From Patescibacteria group bacterium (GTDB lineage: Bacteria; Patescibacteriota; Microgenomatia; 2-02-FULL-39-11), in assembly GCA_023379265.1 (NCBI GenBank), contig JAMCUI010000020.1:1-59077 (forward strand): 59,077 nt of DNA, read 5' to 3'. The position numbers and the translations under genes were made by a program. Position 1 is the stretch's first letter; each line of letters begins with the position of its first letter. Shown here one piece after another: positions 58,090-59,077 of this stretch. The notes beneath the pieces were generated by a model, which was not told where the DNA came from, searched no databases, and was given only the letters and a program-made list of their open reading frames with translations.

Positions 58090-58891
58090 TGGCAATACCA
58101 AAATAGTCTGCTTCTTCGGTACGACTTACAAAACTAGTAAAATGTACGCTGTATATAACGCAGCCTTTGCTGCTTTGGATTTGAATTATATCTATATTCC
58201 GGTAGAAGTGACAGATCTTAAAGCAGCCCTAGAGGGAATTCGCACTCTGGGAATAAAAGCTGTTGGCGTAACTATACCTTATAAAGTTGAAACTGTTCAG
58301 TTTCTTGATGAATTGTCACCGGAAGCTAAACTTATCGGCGCCGTCAATACTGTGATAAATAGTGATGGCGTACTCACTGGATACAACACTGATGGACAGG
58401 GAGCTGTAAAAGCGTTAAAAGAGGTGACCACTCTTAAAAACAAAAATGCGCTATTAATAGGAGCTGGAGGCGCAGGAAGGGCAATTGTTTTTGCCCTTGT
58501 CCGCGAAGGAACCAATCTTACTGTTTTAAACAGGAATAAGGAAAAAGCAGCTAATCTGGCAAAAGCAGCCGGATGCCAATCAGGCGGACTTAATGATTTG
58601 GCAAAAACAATCAAAACAACCGATATTATTATCAATGCCACAACACTCGGCATGTTTCCCAATGTCAACAATTCAGCCATACCTAAAAAACTGTTGAGAC
58701 CTGGTATGATAATACAGGAACTTGTTTCCAATCCTGAAGAAACAAAATTGATAAAAGACGCAAAAGAATCAGGATGCAAAATAGTTACGGCAAAAAGTAT
58801 GCTCTTATGGCAAGCAGTTTTTAAGTTCAAACTTTATACCGGAGAGGAACCTCCAGTAAAAATTATGGAGGAAGCGATAAAAAAAGCTTAA
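58076..58891 (+). CDS. aroE: Shikimate dehydrogenase
   Basis: VTIPYK, GAVNT, GYNTDG, GAGGAGRA, NRN, INAT..GM. Confidence 0.92.
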   Translation: MTRIDGNTKIVCFFGTTYKTSKMYAVYNAAFAALDLNYIYIPVEVTDLKAALEGIRTLGIKAVGVTIPYKVETVQFLDELSPEAKLIGAVNTVINSDGVLTGYNTDGQGAVKALKEVTTLKNKNALLIGAGGAGRAIVFALVREGTNLTVLNRNKEKAANLAKAAGCQSGGLNDLAKTIKTTDIIINATTLGMFPNVNNSAIPKKLLRPGMIIQELVSNPEETKLIKDAKESGCKIVTAKSMLLWQAVFKFKLYTGEEPPVKIMEEAIKKA

Positions 58892-58964
58892 GAGTATACT
58901 TAGATTCTTGTCTGCGGATAGATCACATAGGCAAACAGTTACATAATTTAATAAAAATATAAAG

Positions 58965-59077
58965 ACTATGCTTAGGTTTCTGACTGCAGGTGAATCACAC
59001 GGACCATTAATGTAAATATAATAAGATTTATTAACGATACTATGCTTAGGTTTCTGACTGCAGGTGAATCACACGGA
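58965..59077 (+). repeat. Direct duplication (74-bp period) of the aroC start
   Basis: actATGcttaggtttctgactgcaggtgaatcacacgga at 58965 and 59039; the first copy reads MLRFLTAGESHGPLM*. Confidence 0.9.
59042..59077 (+). CDS. aroC: Chorismate synthase, N-terminus only (continues beyond window)
   Basis: MLRFLTAGESHG is the canonical AroC N-terminal signature; it may be yet another repeat copy. Confidence 0.75.
   Translation, partial: MLRFLTAGESHG

Overview
The window looks like a chromosomal segment of a Patescibacteria (CPR) bacterium, probably Microgenomates, using genetic code 11. This assignment is inferred from gene style and content, not from a search. The core blocks are gap-pgk, lexA divergent from uvrBAC-yvcK-secG, lepA, an RND efflux pair, efp, nth, tig and thrS-infC-rpmI-rplT. 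An apparently complete shikimate plus Phe/Tyr operon (aroF-pheA-CM-tyrA-aroB-aroQ-aroA-aroK-aroE-aroC) follows, behind an aromatic-rich attenuator leader peptide, which is unusual for CPR. From about 12.4 to 33 kb the region is tRNA-dense (15 intact tRNAs in the whole window) and carries three decayed islands: a type II R-M system with a dead serine recombinase; a caspase-like protease with two small partners and an apparently inactive signal peptidase; and Mrr/HEPN/HNH with a tyrosine integrase. The most notable observations are: (1) a full tRNA-Leu(CAG) nested at the anticodon position of a second class-II tRNA-like scaffold; (2) a family of GTTTA-tagged hairpins that abut tRNA ends and flank a small GIY-YIG nuclease in inverted orientation; (3) recurrent ~70-bp-period duplications at gene boundaries, including a 5x69-bp terminator-like array; (4) a compact T-box-like leader before thrS; (5) islands that duplicate tRNA 5' ends rather than 3' ends. 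All family assignments come from motif recognition; no database searches were run.
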